Shown here one piece after another: positions 9,868-19,095 of a stretch of 64,000 nt of DNA; positions within the stretch are counted from its first letter, which is position 1; every line of letters begins with the position of its first letter. A program made the translations under genes and the position numbers. The stretch spans positions 124,001 through 188,000 of the IMG/VR virus record IMGVR_UViG_3300031857_000002. One strand, given 5' to 3'. A model generated the notes under the pieces. It was not told where the DNA came from, did not search any database, and saw only the letters and a list, made by a program, of their open reading frames with translations.

Positions 9868-10220
9868 TGTTGACTGTCTCCTTTGCCCACACGATAGTTG
9901 TCTTCTACAGAGTCTGGTGTAGATACTTCGCAAATCATGCCTGGCTCTATGCAAATCAACTGATGTGGCGACAGTGGAGGATTGTGCCATACATCGCCGG
10001 GCACTAGCTCACGTTCTTCAACTTCTGCAGTGGCAGTATCGATCACACGCACAACAAAGCGGCCCATGATCACATACCAAGTTTCATCCTTTTCGGCGTG
10101 AAAATGCATTGAAAACTTTGCACCTGCTTTGAAGTTCAACATCTTGCCACAGTACTTGTCGGTGCTGGCCCAGATGTTTTCAGAGCCCCATCCTTTTTCT
10201 ACAAAGCCATTTAATCTCAT
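9864..10220 (-). CDS. cupin (mannose-6-phosphate isomerase-like)
   Basis: KGWG, SMHFHAEKDETW and EVST motifs. Confidence 0.75.
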   Translation of the reverse strand: MRLNGFVEKGWGSENIWASTDKYCGKMLNFKAGAKFSMHFHAEKDETWYVIMGRFVVRVIDTATAEVEERELVPGDVWHNPPLSPHQLICIEPGMICEVSTPDSVEDNYRVGKGDSQQ

Positions 10221-10975
10221 GTGATTTCCTCTAATGTAGGAGCATACACTCCTATGTGTTGTACGGTAACTGCGCTGGCTCGAATTGCAAACTCTATAGC
10301 CTGATCCATGTGTTGTGATTTTAAATATTCATAACACAAGGCAGCAAGAAATGTGTCACCTGCACCACACACATCTGTCACTGCTATTTCCACAGCAGGA
10401 TATGTTTGGTCTTTGTAACGAGCACCTTGACGACCTTGTGTGACAATGAGATCTTCGCACACGGTCTTGGCATCGTTGTATTCTTTGTTGTTGATTTTTA
10501 CAATACATCCTGCAAGTCTTGCCAGGTCAGTTTTCTTTGTGTCTACAAAGATAGGGCCTGTGTATGCTCGACGCAGATTCTCAATAAGTTCGTAGGTAAC
10601 ATTGCCTTTGTTGTAATCACTAACAACTACAGCATCGCATACACTGAGATTAACCCCACTGAGTTGATACGGCTGATTGATATAGTCGTTGTCTATGCGA
10701 ACAATCTGTTGTCGGCTACGTTCGTCAATAAGTCGAGTTTTTGATCCAGGTTGTCCACTAGCTACTACAACTTCACAACCTAGTGCCACAAGATTAGCTG
10801 CCACATTAGCAGCCATGCCATTGCGACTTTCTTCTCTTGTGGGGACAAACACAGGAACAGGTGCCTCGGGGCTGATACGATCAACTATACCATACTGGTA
10901 GTTGTCCACGCACACATCACCTACTACTAATATCCTGAATGGCTCGGGTGGTTGAGTATGGTTCAATTCTGTCAT
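10217..10975 (-). CDS. D-glycero-beta-D-manno-heptose-7-phosphate kinase (HldE/RfaE kinase domain, PfkB family)
   Basis: RISPEAPVPV, SDYNKG, DVCGAGDTF. Confidence 0.85.
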   Translation of the reverse strand: MTELNHTQPPEPFRILVVGDVCVDNYQYGIVDRISPEAPVPVFVPTREESRNGMAANVAANLVALGCEVVVASGQPGSKTRLIDERSRQQIVRIDNDYINQPYQLSGVNLSVCDAVVVSDYNKGNVTYELIENLRRAYTGPIFVDTKKTDLARLAGCIVKINNKEYNDAKTVCEDLIVTQGRQGARYKDQTYPAVEIAVTDVCGAGDTFLAALCYEYLKSQHMDQAIEFAIRASAVTVQHIGVYAPTLEEIT

Positions 10976-11312
10976 AAAACACTATTTCTTTACAGTACTG
11001 TTGGCCTATAATGTGCCGATCCTGATAGTCTGATCCTTTGACCATGACAGGATTGTACAATCTACAGATATCCTCGAGCTCTTGGTCACTGTTAAAAATC
11101 CAAACGCTGTCTACACTGCGTAGGCTTTCTAACATGAGCTTGCGGTCATCTTCAGAGTTTATAGGACGGCTGGCGCCTTTGAGTTCTCGAACACGTTGAT
11201 CGCTGTCAATTGCGACAATTAAAGAATCACCCAGGCTCCGTGCATAATTTAGCAATTGTACATGGCCTGGGTGTAAGATGTCAAATGTTCCGTTGACGAA
11301 TATGGTTTTCAT
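10917..11312 (-). CDS. heptose-1-phosphate adenylyltransferase (HldE/RfaE nucleotidyltransferase domain)
   Basis: NGTFDILHPGH, KGASRP, KGSDY, YSTT. Confidence 0.85.
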   Translation of the reverse strand: MKTIFVNGTFDILHPGHVQLLNYARSLGDSLIVAIDSDQRVRELKGASRPINSEDDRKLMLESLRSVDSVWIFNSDQELEDICRLYNPVMVKGSDYQDRHIIGQQYCKEIVFYDRIEPYSTTRAIQDISSR

Positions 11313-11827
11313 TAACTGTTTAGGACTCTGGCTACACTAGTAATTACCGCCGCAATGCGACCAATGTCACGTAATTGCTCTACTGTGTATCCTTCCTTTT
11401 TCAGTGTCTCATAATGTGCTTTGACGCAGAAGTGGCACTTGCCCACAATGCTGGCTGCCAAACTATAGGCTTCAAATCTAGCTTTAGTTGTGCCACCATG
11501 GCTGGCAATAGCATTCATGCGTAACTGCGCTGGTAACCCTTTTAGATTCTCGTCATCGGCCATTTCAACATAAGGATACCAGATGTTGTTTTGTGCCATG
11601 ATTGATCCGGCAGTCAGTGCGGCATCACGCTCAGTAGTGTTTGCAATATTACTCGAAATAAACGTAATCAGCTTACCATTTCCTGTAGCAAAAGCTGCCG
11701 CTAGTGCAACAGCTTCTGCTTGTTCTGGGTCAATGGCACTACGCTTGATCACAGCATCCAAGTTCAGTTTAGTGTCTTTGGCATACTCTGGCAAGCCTTC
11801 TTTGAGTTGATCAACCCAGGCGGTCAT
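11312..11827 (-). CDS. ahpD: alkyl hydroperoxide reductase AhpD
   Basis: LPEYAKDTKLNL, MAQNNIWY, KCHFCVKAH (CxxC); follows ahpC. Confidence 0.9.
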   Translation of the reverse strand: MTAWVDQLKEGLPEYAKDTKLNLDAVIKRSAIDPEQAEAVALAAAFATGNGKLITFISSNIANTTERDAALTAGSIMAQNNIWYPYVEMADDENLKGLPAQLRMNAIASHGGTTKARFEAYSLAASIVGKCHFCVKAHYETLKKEGYTVEQLRDIGRIAAVITSVARVLNS

Positions 11828-12396
11828 TATAGAGTCTCTCCGCCAACTGTACGATTGCAAGCACACAGTTCGCCTGTTTGCAATGCATCCAACACACGAA
11901 GTGTTTCTTCCGGGCTACGACCAACATTCAAGTTGTTCACAGTAACGTGTTGAATTTCGTTGTTAGGGTCAACAATGAATGTTGCACGAAGTGCGGCACC
12001 AGCTGGCACATAAAACACACCCAACTGCTCAATCAAGCTGAGATTAGTGATGCTGTTGGTCACAGGATCATACTTAGCACGTTGTGTGTCAGCAAATTGT
12101 GTGTGAGTGATCTTCTTCAAATCGGCATGTGCATTTTGCCAAGCTACTTTGCAGAACTCATTGTCTGTTGAACCTGTGAGCAACACTGCATCGCGGTCAG
12201 CAAAGTCCTGTGCCAACTTGTCGTATGCCACAATCTCTGTTGGGCAAACGAATGTAAAGTCCTTGGGGTAGTACACAATGACTTTCCACTTGCCTTCGAA
12301 ACTTTTCTCTGTGATGTCAAAGAATGCATCTTCGGGTTGTCCTGGACGCACACCTGTTACCACAAATGGTTGTATTTTATCGCCTACTGTTTTCAT
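11827..12396 (-). CDS. ahpC: peroxiredoxin AhpC
   Basis: YPKDFTFVCPTE, GRSPEETLRVLDALQTGELC. Confidence 0.95.
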   Translation of the reverse strand: MKTVGDKIQPFVVTGVRPGQPEDAFFDITEKSFEGKWKVIVYYPKDFTFVCPTEIVAYDKLAQDFADRDAVLLTGSTDNEFCKVAWQNAHADLKKITHTQFADTQRAKYDPVTNSITNLSLIEQLGVFYVPAGAALRATFIVDPNNEIQHVTVNNLNVGRSPEETLRVLDALQTGELCACNRTVGGETL

Positions 12397-12444
12397 ATTT
12401 TCTCCTAGTAAAAATTAGTACATCAGTGTTTGTACTGAGTGTTT

Positions 12445-12473
12445 ATTGTACTAGTATATAGTCTCGAAGTCAA
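12445..12473 (-). promoter_or_regulatory. sigma70-type promoter of ahpCD
   Basis: TTGACT-N17-TACAAT. Confidence 0.7.
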
Positions 12474-12493
12474 GCAAAATTTGTGATTTTTGC

Positions 12494-12530
12494 CAAAAAT
12501 GTTTCTATGACTGTAATAGGAAAAATCAAT
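12494..12530. promoter_or_regulatory. putative OxyR binding site
   Basis: Minus strand ATTG-N7-CTAT-N7-ATAG-N7-TTTG, upstream of the ahpC -35. Confidence 0.6.
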
Positions 12531-12532
12531 AG

Positions 12533-12685
12533 TTAACTGGGAATCATTTTGGGAAGATACGGCACTGCTCTGGGTCCGTAACGTTGTTGCAGAAGAAATC
12601 GGGCCGCTTGTGCTGTATCTGCGCCCACACGGTCTTTGAATTCGCGACCGTCGGGTGTGCGTATGGTTGCTTCAAAAAGTTTCAT
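12533..12685 (-). CDS. 50-aa hypothetical protein (MKLFEATIRTPDGREFKDRVGADTAQAARFLLQQRYG...), not in the ORF track
   Basis: Translated by hand; preceded by TATAAATA; resembles ORF 59528..59752. Confidence 0.6.
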   Translation of the reverse strand: MKLFEATIRTPDGREFKDRVGADTAQAARFLLQQRYGPRAVPYLPKMIPS

Positions 12686-12697
12686 ATGGTATTTATA

Positions 12698-12772
12698 TGG
12701 CCGGTCCGGAGAGATTCGAACTCCCGACAGCTGGTTTCGAAGACCAGAACTCTTCCACTGAGCTACGGACCG
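12698..12772 (-). tRNA. tRNA-Arg(TCG)
   Basis: Cloverleaf, loop CT-TCG-AA, encoded CCA. Confidence 0.9.
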
Positions 12773-12783
12773 TTAAATAGTTT

Positions 12784-13962
12784 ATGCTTAAATCTAAAAC
12801 TTCTTGTGTGATGCCTTACATGGGTCTAGCAATTCAAAATGACGGAGACTTTTGTGCTTGTAATAGAAACAATTGGAGTTATACCAATCGACAACAAGAA
12901 GTTTTGTTTGCCAATAAAAACACACTAGAAGAAGCATGGGCAAGCCCCACTAGAAAAATGTTGGCTGCTGGATTGGATTATGGAAAATCAATACCAAGTT
13001 GCAGTCCATGCACTAACTTAGAAGCCAGTGGCAAAATCAGTGCAAGACAAACGTTCAATAACCAATTTGGTCATCTTGCTCCGTTGCCTACTCAACCACG
13101 TGTGTTGATCATGAAACCAGGCAATGTTTGTAATCTGTCCTGTAGGATGTGCAATCCAGCAACCAGCACCACATGGTATCAGGATGGGTATAAATTAGCA
13201 AAGGCACATGACAATTTTGTTGGCACTCAAAAAGAATACACTGCACAATTTGAAACTATACGTTCGGCATTCAATCAAGAAAATCCCATATGGGATACCA
13301 TGGAACAGTGGCTGCCCAGTTTGGAATTTTTTGACATCTACGGAGGAGAACCATTCCTAGCTCCTGGTTTGTTTAAAGCCCTAACAGCAGTGGCCAAAGC
13401 AGACAAAAGTTCAACAGTGAGCTTGCAATTGCATACCAATGGTACGATATGGAATCCTGATTACTTGAATACATTGTCCAAGTACAAACACGTAAGAATA
13501 GGCATCAGCATTGACAGTGATGTAACCAGTCAGCTTGAGTACATTCGTTATCCACTGGAAGCTGACGTTGTTTGGCAAAATCTCAGCAGGTACAAAGACT
13601 GGGCAAGCAATCATTCCAACATAGAACTTTATATTTGTGTTACCCTTACGCCTCTTAATATATTTTACTTTGATTCAATTGACAAAAATTTAAGCAGGCA
13701 TTCATTACCAGTTGGCCACAATATTGTTTATAGCCCAACCGAATACGATGTGCGACACATACCAGTATCAGTGAGAAAAATTATTGCTGAGAAATTAAAA
13801 CATTATCCCACCCTGGCAAACTTTTTAATGCAGACCATACCAGGATGCGATGTTGCTTGGCCTAAGTTTTGGAAAATTACAAAAGAATTAGACAACATAC
13901 GCAATCAATCATTTGAATCAACGTTTCCTGAGTTTTATGAATTGATCAAGATGTATGTATGA
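12784..13962 (+). CDS. radical SAM protein with N-terminal SPASM/twitch-like Cys motif
   Basis: CNLSCRMC, GGEP, HTNGT, SID; preceded by TAAATA. Confidence 0.85.
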   Translation: MLKSKTSCVMPYMGLAIQNDGDFCACNRNNWSYTNRQQEVLFANKNTLEEAWASPTRKMLAAGLDYGKSIPSCSPCTNLEASGKISARQTFNNQFGHLAPLPTQPRVLIMKPGNVCNLSCRMCNPATSTTWYQDGYKLAKAHDNFVGTQKEYTAQFETIRSAFNQENPIWDTMEQWLPSLEFFDIYGGEPFLAPGLFKALTAVAKADKSSTVSLQLHTNGTIWNPDYLNTLSKYKHVRIGISIDSDVTSQLEYIRYPLEADVVWQNLSRYKDWASNHSNIELYICVTLTPLNIFYFDSIDKNLSRHSLPVGHNIVYSPTEYDVRHIPVSVRKIIAEKLKHYPTLANFLMQTIPGCDVAWPKFWKITKELDNIRNQSFESTFPEFYELIKMYV

Positions 13963-13963
13963 T

Positions 13964-14039
<76 letters not shown>

Positions 14040-14043
14040 AATT

Positions 14044-14118
14044 TGGAGCAGGATATCGGGTTCGAACCGATGACATTTTCGTTGGCAACGAAACATTCTA
14101 CCACTGAATTAATCCTGC
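14044..14118 (-). tRNA. tRNA-Gly(GCC)
   Basis: Cloverleaf, U73 + CCA. Confidence 0.92.
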
Positions 14119-14130
14119 AATCCGTTACTA

Positions 14131-14601
14131 TTAGGCAGCTCGAAGACTTTTAAATCTATCTGCCGCGTATGATGCCGCAAATGCTTCAGGCTTCACAAAT
14201 GGTACTACATTGCATACACCTTTGATGTAGCCAATAGCCTGGCTAATAACACAGCTTGAGCCGTACATTTCGTCAGGGTTGATGTCCAAATGAACTTCAA
14301 CATTGCGTCCTTCAAGTACTTCTGCTAATTTTAAATACAGCTCAGCTACTTTGTAGACTTCGGTCATCAGACGCATGGCAGGCTTGGATTCTTTTTGGTC
14401 GTACACACGTTCACGGTGCACCTCGCCAAATAGTTTACAGCCGTTGTTGCCATTGATGTGTACTACAACCGCTAACACATAGTCCGCATGCCACACACCG
14501 TCAATTCTGATTCTTTCACTGTCACACCCGAGATAAATTTTGGTCTCTGGAGTCTGATCCTTGATAAATTTTGATACCTCTGCCAGATTTAGTTTTTTCA
14601 T
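14131..14601 (-). CDS. RNase H-like YkuK-family protein
   Basis: IYLGCDS, RLMTEV, EVHLDIN, KPEAFAASYAAD. Confidence 0.75.
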   Translation of the reverse strand: MKKLNLAEVSKFIKDQTPETKIYLGCDSERIRIDGVWHADYVLAVVVHINGNNGCKLFGEVHRERVYDQKESKPAMRLMTEVYKVAELYLKLAEVLEGRNVEVHLDINPDEMYGSSCVISQAIGYIKGVCNVVPFVKPEAFAASYAADRFKSLRAA

Positions 14602-14605
14602 GATA

Positions 14606-15772
14606 CTATTTTTGTTTAGTGGATTGATACACCTGATTGATTTCTTCTAAACTAAGTGATTGCCAATTGAGATGTAAAATATCTGTGTTAGCAGGACTTG
14701 ATACATTCAATTGGTATCCGTGCTGATGAATAATTTCATCTTGTATATCCTTGGGTAATGTATAAAAATTGTTTTCATCAGATATCATGGGCCATGATGG
14801 ATCTTTGATTTTGGTATAAAACTCTGTCCAATTCGACTGTTGAACGTGTATATTACTATTCTTAAAGATTCTTGTCAGAACATGTGCTTCTATCCCACAA
14901 TGACTGGTAAGGTAAGAATCTAACACTCCAGTGGCCTCCCACTTGTTTATAGATTCAAACCACTGGAGATTGGATTGCGAGTTGATATAATTATCTTGAT
15001 AATTTGTTACATGGTCGCAGTTGTATGCATCACTTACCCCGCTGTTATTCATAAAATTTTCTAGCCACTGTGGAAAATAATTGGATGCAATGTCGGCACA
15101 TGAAATATCAAAAACTCTATTGTCTAACGCAAAATTGGTAACATAAGTTGACTCATTTACTTCGTGTGGCTGTAGTCTATTTCTTGTTTGATACCAGTTC
15201 ACTCCTCTTTGAATCTCGTTTTTCAATTCGTTGTAATCAGGTTTCTCCATGTGTTCAAAGAAGGCAGAATGATGTTTAACAATAAAATTTCTGTAGGCTT
15301 TACTTGATTCATGGAAACTAAAATCTTCTTCCCGTGGATCTGTGGGCAATAGTTGAAGTTTTGCATCACCGTATGAAGGCCACTTAGTAACACAATTAAT
15401 AGTGCCATAGGCGTCAACGTCAACGTCAGAATTGTTATGAACAATAACAAATACTCCAGTTGGATCCGATTGCATTATGATCCTAACTGATTGATACACG
15501 GTCGGAGTACCTTCATTGATAATGTATATTTTTTTATCTGTTGGTCGGTTGTAGATAACCCATGACAAGTGCCACAAAATACCCTGATGCGTAGGAACTC
15601 TCACATGCTTGTGTGAGGTGCCAGCACCTCCGAATTGAGCACTAGTTGATGTATTAATTGGTGACTTTACAGTGGTGTTGTAAAGATCGTTGTCACTGAT
15701 GTGAATAGCCCAATTGAGATAACTTCCGCTGTATCCAGCTGGATACAGTATGTATATGTTTTTTGTAAGCAT
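14606..15772 (-). CDS. hypothetical protein, possibly P-loop/sulfotransferase-like
   Basis: N-terminal YPAGYSGSYL loop; AT-rich accessory gene. Confidence 0.45.
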   Translation of the reverse strand: MLTKNIYILYPAGYSGSYLNWAIHISDNDLYNTTVKSPINTSTSAQFGGAGTSHKHVRVPTHQGILWHLSWVIYNRPTDKKIYIINEGTPTVYQSVRIIMQSDPTGVFVIVHNNSDVDVDAYGTINCVTKWPSYGDAKLQLLPTDPREEDFSFHESSKAYRNFIVKHHSAFFEHMEKPDYNELKNEIQRGVNWYQTRNRLQPHEVNESTYVTNFALDNRVFDISCADIASNYFPQWLENFMNNSGVSDAYNCDHVTNYQDNYINSQSNLQWFESINKWEATGVLDSYLTSHCGIEAHVLTRIFKNSNIHVQQSNWTEFYTKIKDPSWPMISDENNFYTLPKDIQDEIIHQHGYQLNVSSPANTDILHLNWQSLSLEEINQVYQSTKQK

Positions 15773-15811
15773 TAATTAATGATGCAATGATGTTGCACCA
15801 CTCAAAAATAA

Positions 15812-16084
15812 TTATTCAGGCGGTGCGTCTGTTATTGAGGTTGATACAATGTTACAATTATAAATTTCTGCCTGTGCCGTGACGAAGGAAATAAACTCTT
15901 CGGCGGCAGCTAAATCTCTCCAGTATCTTTTGGTAGTAACTTCGTCAACCGCTTCCCAGCGACCATTAGTTTTTCCATCAGTTTGCATCTCTTCAAGTTT
16001 TGGTGCGCGAACTTCGGTCAGTCGTGTTTCATTCTGGTGGTCTGCAGATCCCCAGATAATTGTAGTAATTTTAGTCATTGACAT
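15812..16084 (-). CDS. hypothetical protein
   Basis: AAGGA RBS and TATAAATA upstream. Confidence 0.6.
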   Translation of the reverse strand: MSMTKITTIIWGSADHQNETRLTEVRAPKLEEMQTDGKTNGRWEAVDEVTTKRYWRDLAAAEEFISFVTAQAEIYNCNIVSTSITDAPPE

Positions 16085-16158
16085 AATAGCGTTTCCTTTG
16101 TGCTTATTTATAGGCAAGCAGTAACATCTCCAAGAGATTATCTAACATACAATATGAA

Positions 16159-16330
16159 TTTGCAAACAAACCGGTTTCGCTAGGGCGGGAATTTGTACAC
16201 CAATCGTTAATAGATTAGCTCTACACCGGCAACAATCAAGGACCTCTCATCCTGACAACTGGTCCGACAGATACGCATCACTGCGCAGAGCCATCGGGGT
16301 TTACCCCTAAACGTTTTTTTTGTTTGCAAA
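16159..16330 (-). ncRNA. unassigned structured RNA, copy 1 (paralog of 20219..20376)
   Basis: 12-bp terminal inverted repeat TTTGCAAACAAA; internal hairpins; shared motifs AGGTCC, TGCC, AGAGCTA, ACAAAT. Confidence 0.65.
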
Positions 16331-16333
16331 ACT

Positions 16334-16418
16334 TGGTGCCCTAGGTCGGACTCGAACCGACACATATTTCTACGCCAGAACCTAAATCTGGTGCGTCTAC
16401 CAATTTCGCCACCAGGGC
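16334..16418 (-). tRNA. tRNA-Leu(TAG)
   Basis: Cloverleaf with long variable arm, encoded CCA. Confidence 0.92.
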
Positions 16419-16592
16419 TTATACTTCTACAACTTCTTGTAAACTGTCTTTGCGCATGAGAACTTTTCTTTCTTCTCCTACGCGGCGAACACTTAGGTAC
16501 TCAATCCCATCTAGTCGACGTACCATTCGTATGTTGTCACAGATGTAACGTTCAAGTGTGATTTTGTTTTCAAAAGTTTTAGTTTTTGTCAT
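16419..16592 (-). CDS. 57-aa hypothetical protein (MTKTKTFENKITLERYICDN...), not in the ORF track
   Basis: AGGAG RBS; translated by hand. Confidence 0.6.
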   Translation of the reverse strand: MTKTKTFENKITLERYICDNIRMVRRLDGIEYLSVRRVGEERKVLMRKDSLQEVVEV

Positions 16593-16622
16593 AGTGGTCT
16601 CCTATTAGATGTTGTACTTATC

Positions 16623-16714
16623 TGGCGGAAGACGGAGGAGTCGAACCCCATCCCATTTCTGAGAACCTGGTTTTCAAGGCCAGTCGCGGCACCAACGCCA
16701 CTGCATCATCTTCC
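16623..16714 (-). tRNA. tRNA-Ser(TGA)
   Basis: Long variable arm, G73 + CCA. Confidence 0.88.
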
Positions 16715-16721
16715 AAAAAGG

Positions 16722-16798
16722 TGGTCGGAATAGTAGGATTCGAACCTACGACCTCCTGGTCCCAAACCAGGCGCACTACCAGGCTGTGCTACACTCCG
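16722..16798 (-). tRNA. tRNA-Pro(TGG)
   Basis: Cloverleaf, encoded CCA. Confidence 0.92.
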
Positions 16799-16804
16799 AA
16801 TGTG

Positions 16805-16879
16805 TGGTACCTGGACACGGTTTCGAACCGCGGACCCTCTCCGTGTAAAGGAGACGCTCTACCCCTGAGCTATCCAGGC
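16805..16879 (-). tRNA. tRNA-Val(TAC)
   Basis: Cloverleaf, encoded CCA. Confidence 0.92.
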
Positions 16880-16887
16880 AAATTGTG

Positions 16888-16961
16888 TGGAGCGGAGTAG
16901 GGGAATCGAACCCCTCGCTTTAGCTTGGAAGGCTAAGGTATTACCACTATACGAACTCCGC
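16888..16961 (-). tRNA. tRNA-Gly(TCC)
   Basis: Cloverleaf, encoded CCA. Confidence 0.92.
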
Positions 16962-17010
16962 GTGTTGATACTTATAATAGTGTAACATGTACACTATAAA
17001 TAGTCAATCT

Positions 17011-18171
17011 ATGAACTTCCCAACCAACTACTGTGCATTGCCGTTTAGAGGCATGCAACTCGAATGTGATGGTGAGATTAAATCTTGCTGTCTGTACAAA
17101 CCACATCTTGATCAATCAATTACTCAATATCATATGACCAATTATGATCACTGGTGGAACAAATCTCTTGACCGAATACAAAATCATGTGATCAACAACA
17201 CCGTTGATCCTGGCTGCTCTTATTGTCTAGAGCCAACTATTCTTCCGCATCCTATGCGAACAGGCGCCAATGACTTTTTCAAACATGATCCACAATACAC
17301 ACCAGGTGACTCGCCTGAGTGGTTGGACATACGATTTGGCAACTTCTGCAATCTCAAATGTATGATGTGTACTCCTCTAAATAGTAGTCAAATTGAACTG
17401 GAATACAAAAACAATACCGCAGCCTACAATGCACAAGGAATTGCACACAGCAGTGGATGGAAACGATTCAGCATCGAAGACCAAGCGGCCAGCAAAGAAA
17501 ACTGGTGGGACAATTCTGAAACGTTTGCCAAGGTAGTCCAAATAGTAAATCGTGCTAGATATGTGAACTTCTCAGGAGGTGAACCTCTAATGATGCCACA
17601 ATTGTATGATCTCATGGATGCTATGAATCCCAACTGCATCATTACATTCAATACCAACTTGACCAGACTCACTGATCGCACTATGCAAGCATTGAAAAAA
17701 TTTAAAGATGTTAACTTGCAAGTCAGTTTAGACGGTGTTGGCGCACATCAAGAGTGGATACGTTGGAACAGCAACTGGCCTGAACTTGATCGCAACATTC
17801 AAACAGTTTGTAACACACCTAACATTAGAGTTACATTTAGTTATTTGTTACAACACACCACAATCTACACATGGCCAGCACTTTGGAAATATCTTGAACC
17901 ATTGAACTGTCAAATACTTGCAATGCCAGTGTACGCAGACACTATTGGCAAAGGTGTGTTAACACAACATTCGGCTGTGTCTACGGATGTTGAACGGTTT
18001 GTAGATTGGATCAAAGCCAACCCCAGTTCATGCAATCAAGAAATTGAACACTGGATTAGCAGTTATCAATTTGATCCTGTACTACACAAACAGTTTAGGG
18101 ACTATGTTGGTATGCTTGACAACATACGTGGTGGCAATTTCCGTGCCACGTTTGATCCTGCTTGGGACTAA
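17011..18171 (+). CDS. radical SAM protein with N-terminal SPASM/twitch-like Cys motif
   Basis: CALPF..DGEIKSCC; CNLKCMMC; SGGEP; TATAAATA just upstream. Confidence 0.85.
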   Translation: MNFPTNYCALPFRGMQLECDGEIKSCCLYKPHLDQSITQYHMTNYDHWWNKSLDRIQNHVINNTVDPGCSYCLEPTILPHPMRTGANDFFKHDPQYTPGDSPEWLDIRFGNFCNLKCMMCTPLNSSQIELEYKNNTAAYNAQGIAHSSGWKRFSIEDQAASKENWWDNSETFAKVVQIVNRARYVNFSGGEPLMMPQLYDLMDAMNPNCIITFNTNLTRLTDRTMQALKKFKDVNLQVSLDGVGAHQEWIRWNSNWPELDRNIQTVCNTPNIRVTFSYLLQHTTIYTWPALWKYLEPLNCQILAMPVYADTIGKGVLTQHSAVSTDVERFVDWIKANPSSCNQEIEHWISSYQFDPVLHKQFRDYVGMLDNIRGGNFRATFDPAWD

Positions 18172-18524
18172 TCCCAATACATTTCATTGTGGCACTGGTA
18201 GTAATACTCACGCTCTAAGGCAATCATGTCCTCATAGTCAACTCTGTAGTTGAACATGGGATTGCCCCCAATGGAAATTCTAACATAACTTGCCGGCGCC
18301 CACTCGGGACCTGGCGTTTGTTTTTTGTACTGGATGAACCAGGCATTGTTGTTGTGCTGGAACGAATGGCCTCGTTGGTTACGCCAGTTTGCCACAATGT
18401 CCGCAAACACTGCCTGAGGCAAACTCCATGTGTGTGCATGTGCATCACTCACACGTATGCTCAAGTCTATTGACTCGCGATCCTTGAACACATATAATTT
18501 TAATGGTTTGGTAAATTCTAACAT
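18168..18524 (-). CDS. hypothetical protein
   Basis: ORF between tRNA-Gln and the radical SAM gene. Confidence 0.55.
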   Translation of the reverse strand: MLEFTKPLKLYVFKDRESIDLSIRVSDAHAHTWSLPQAVFADIVANWRNQRGHSFQHNNNAWFIQYKKQTPGPEWAPASYVRISIGGNPMFNYRVDYEDMIALEREYYYQCHNEMYWD

Positions 18525-18538
18525 ACACTACTTATTGG

Positions 18539-18615
18539 TGGCAGGAGATATAGGATTCGAACCTATGCGTGTCGGAATCAAAATCCGATGCCTTGACCAA
18601 CTTGGCGAATCTCCA
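18539..18615 (-). tRNA. tRNA-Gln(TTG)
   Basis: Cloverleaf, unpaired 1:72, encoded CCA. Confidence 0.9.
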
Positions 18616-18626
18616 GTAAAACTACA

Positions 18627-18701
18627 TGGTGGATGAGAGTAGAGTCGAACTACTACTTGACTCCGTATGAAGGAGGCGCACTACCATTATGCTACTCATC
18701 C
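18627..18701 (-). tRNA. tRNA-Met(CAT), probably elongator
   Basis: G1-C72 paired, loop TT-CAT-AC, encoded CCA. Confidence 0.8.
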
Positions 18702-18778
18702 TGGGGTGCATGATGGGGGTCGAACCCACGCATATCGGAATCACAATCCGAGGTCTTAACCACTTGACGACACGCACC
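18702..18778 (-). tRNA. tRNA-His(GTG)
   Basis: Encoded G-1 and C73, encoded CCA. Confidence 0.92.
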
Positions 18779-18894
18779 ATATAGGAGCACTCTCAACAGC
18801 AGGCCTAGAAGGCAATCTGGTTGCTGAAACTTTTGCATCTGCAGATACTAGGTTTCTTCTTCCGCTTTGACTTACGCCAAGAATGCTTTTATAT
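18779..18894 (-). ncRNA. unassigned stem-capped RNA between tRNA-Lys and tRNA-His
   Basis: Terminal stem AUAUAAAAGCAUUCU / AGAGUGCUCCUAUAU fills the entire spacer. Confidence 0.5.
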
Positions 18895-18967
18895 GGTAGG
18901 GGTGTTCGGGAACGATCCGAATTTTACTGGTTAAAAGCCAGTTACTTCACCTTAAAGTTTCACCCCC
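18894..18967 (-). tRNA. tRNA-Lys(TTT) with atypical T-loop
   Basis: Anticodon arm ACTGG-CTTTTAA-CCAGT; T-loop ATCGTTC; encoded CCA. Confidence 0.85.
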
Positions 18968-19017
18968 GTAGGTTTGGGTATCTTATCACTGTCCATCGGG
19001 ACTCTCCTTTAAAAATC

Positions 19018-19091
19018 TGGTAGCCTGTAGAGGTTACGATCCTCTGTCGCTCGATTATCAGTCGAGTGCTCTTCCATTGAGCTAACGGGCT
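19018..19091 (-). tRNA. tRNA-Ile(GAT)
   Basis: Cloverleaf; T-loop ATCGTAA; encoded CCA. Confidence 0.85.
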
Positions 19092-19095
19092 GTAT

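Noticed and set aside
16623-16714. Possible selenocysteine or suppressor tRNA
   Set aside because: The anticodon reads UGA (Ser), not UCA. No CUA/UCA/UUA anticodons were found and long genes are intact in standard code, so there is no sign of recoding.
18536-18541. tRNA-Gln ending in CCACCA (degradation mark)
   Set aside because: A single genomic instance that would be trimmed during processing; probably chance.
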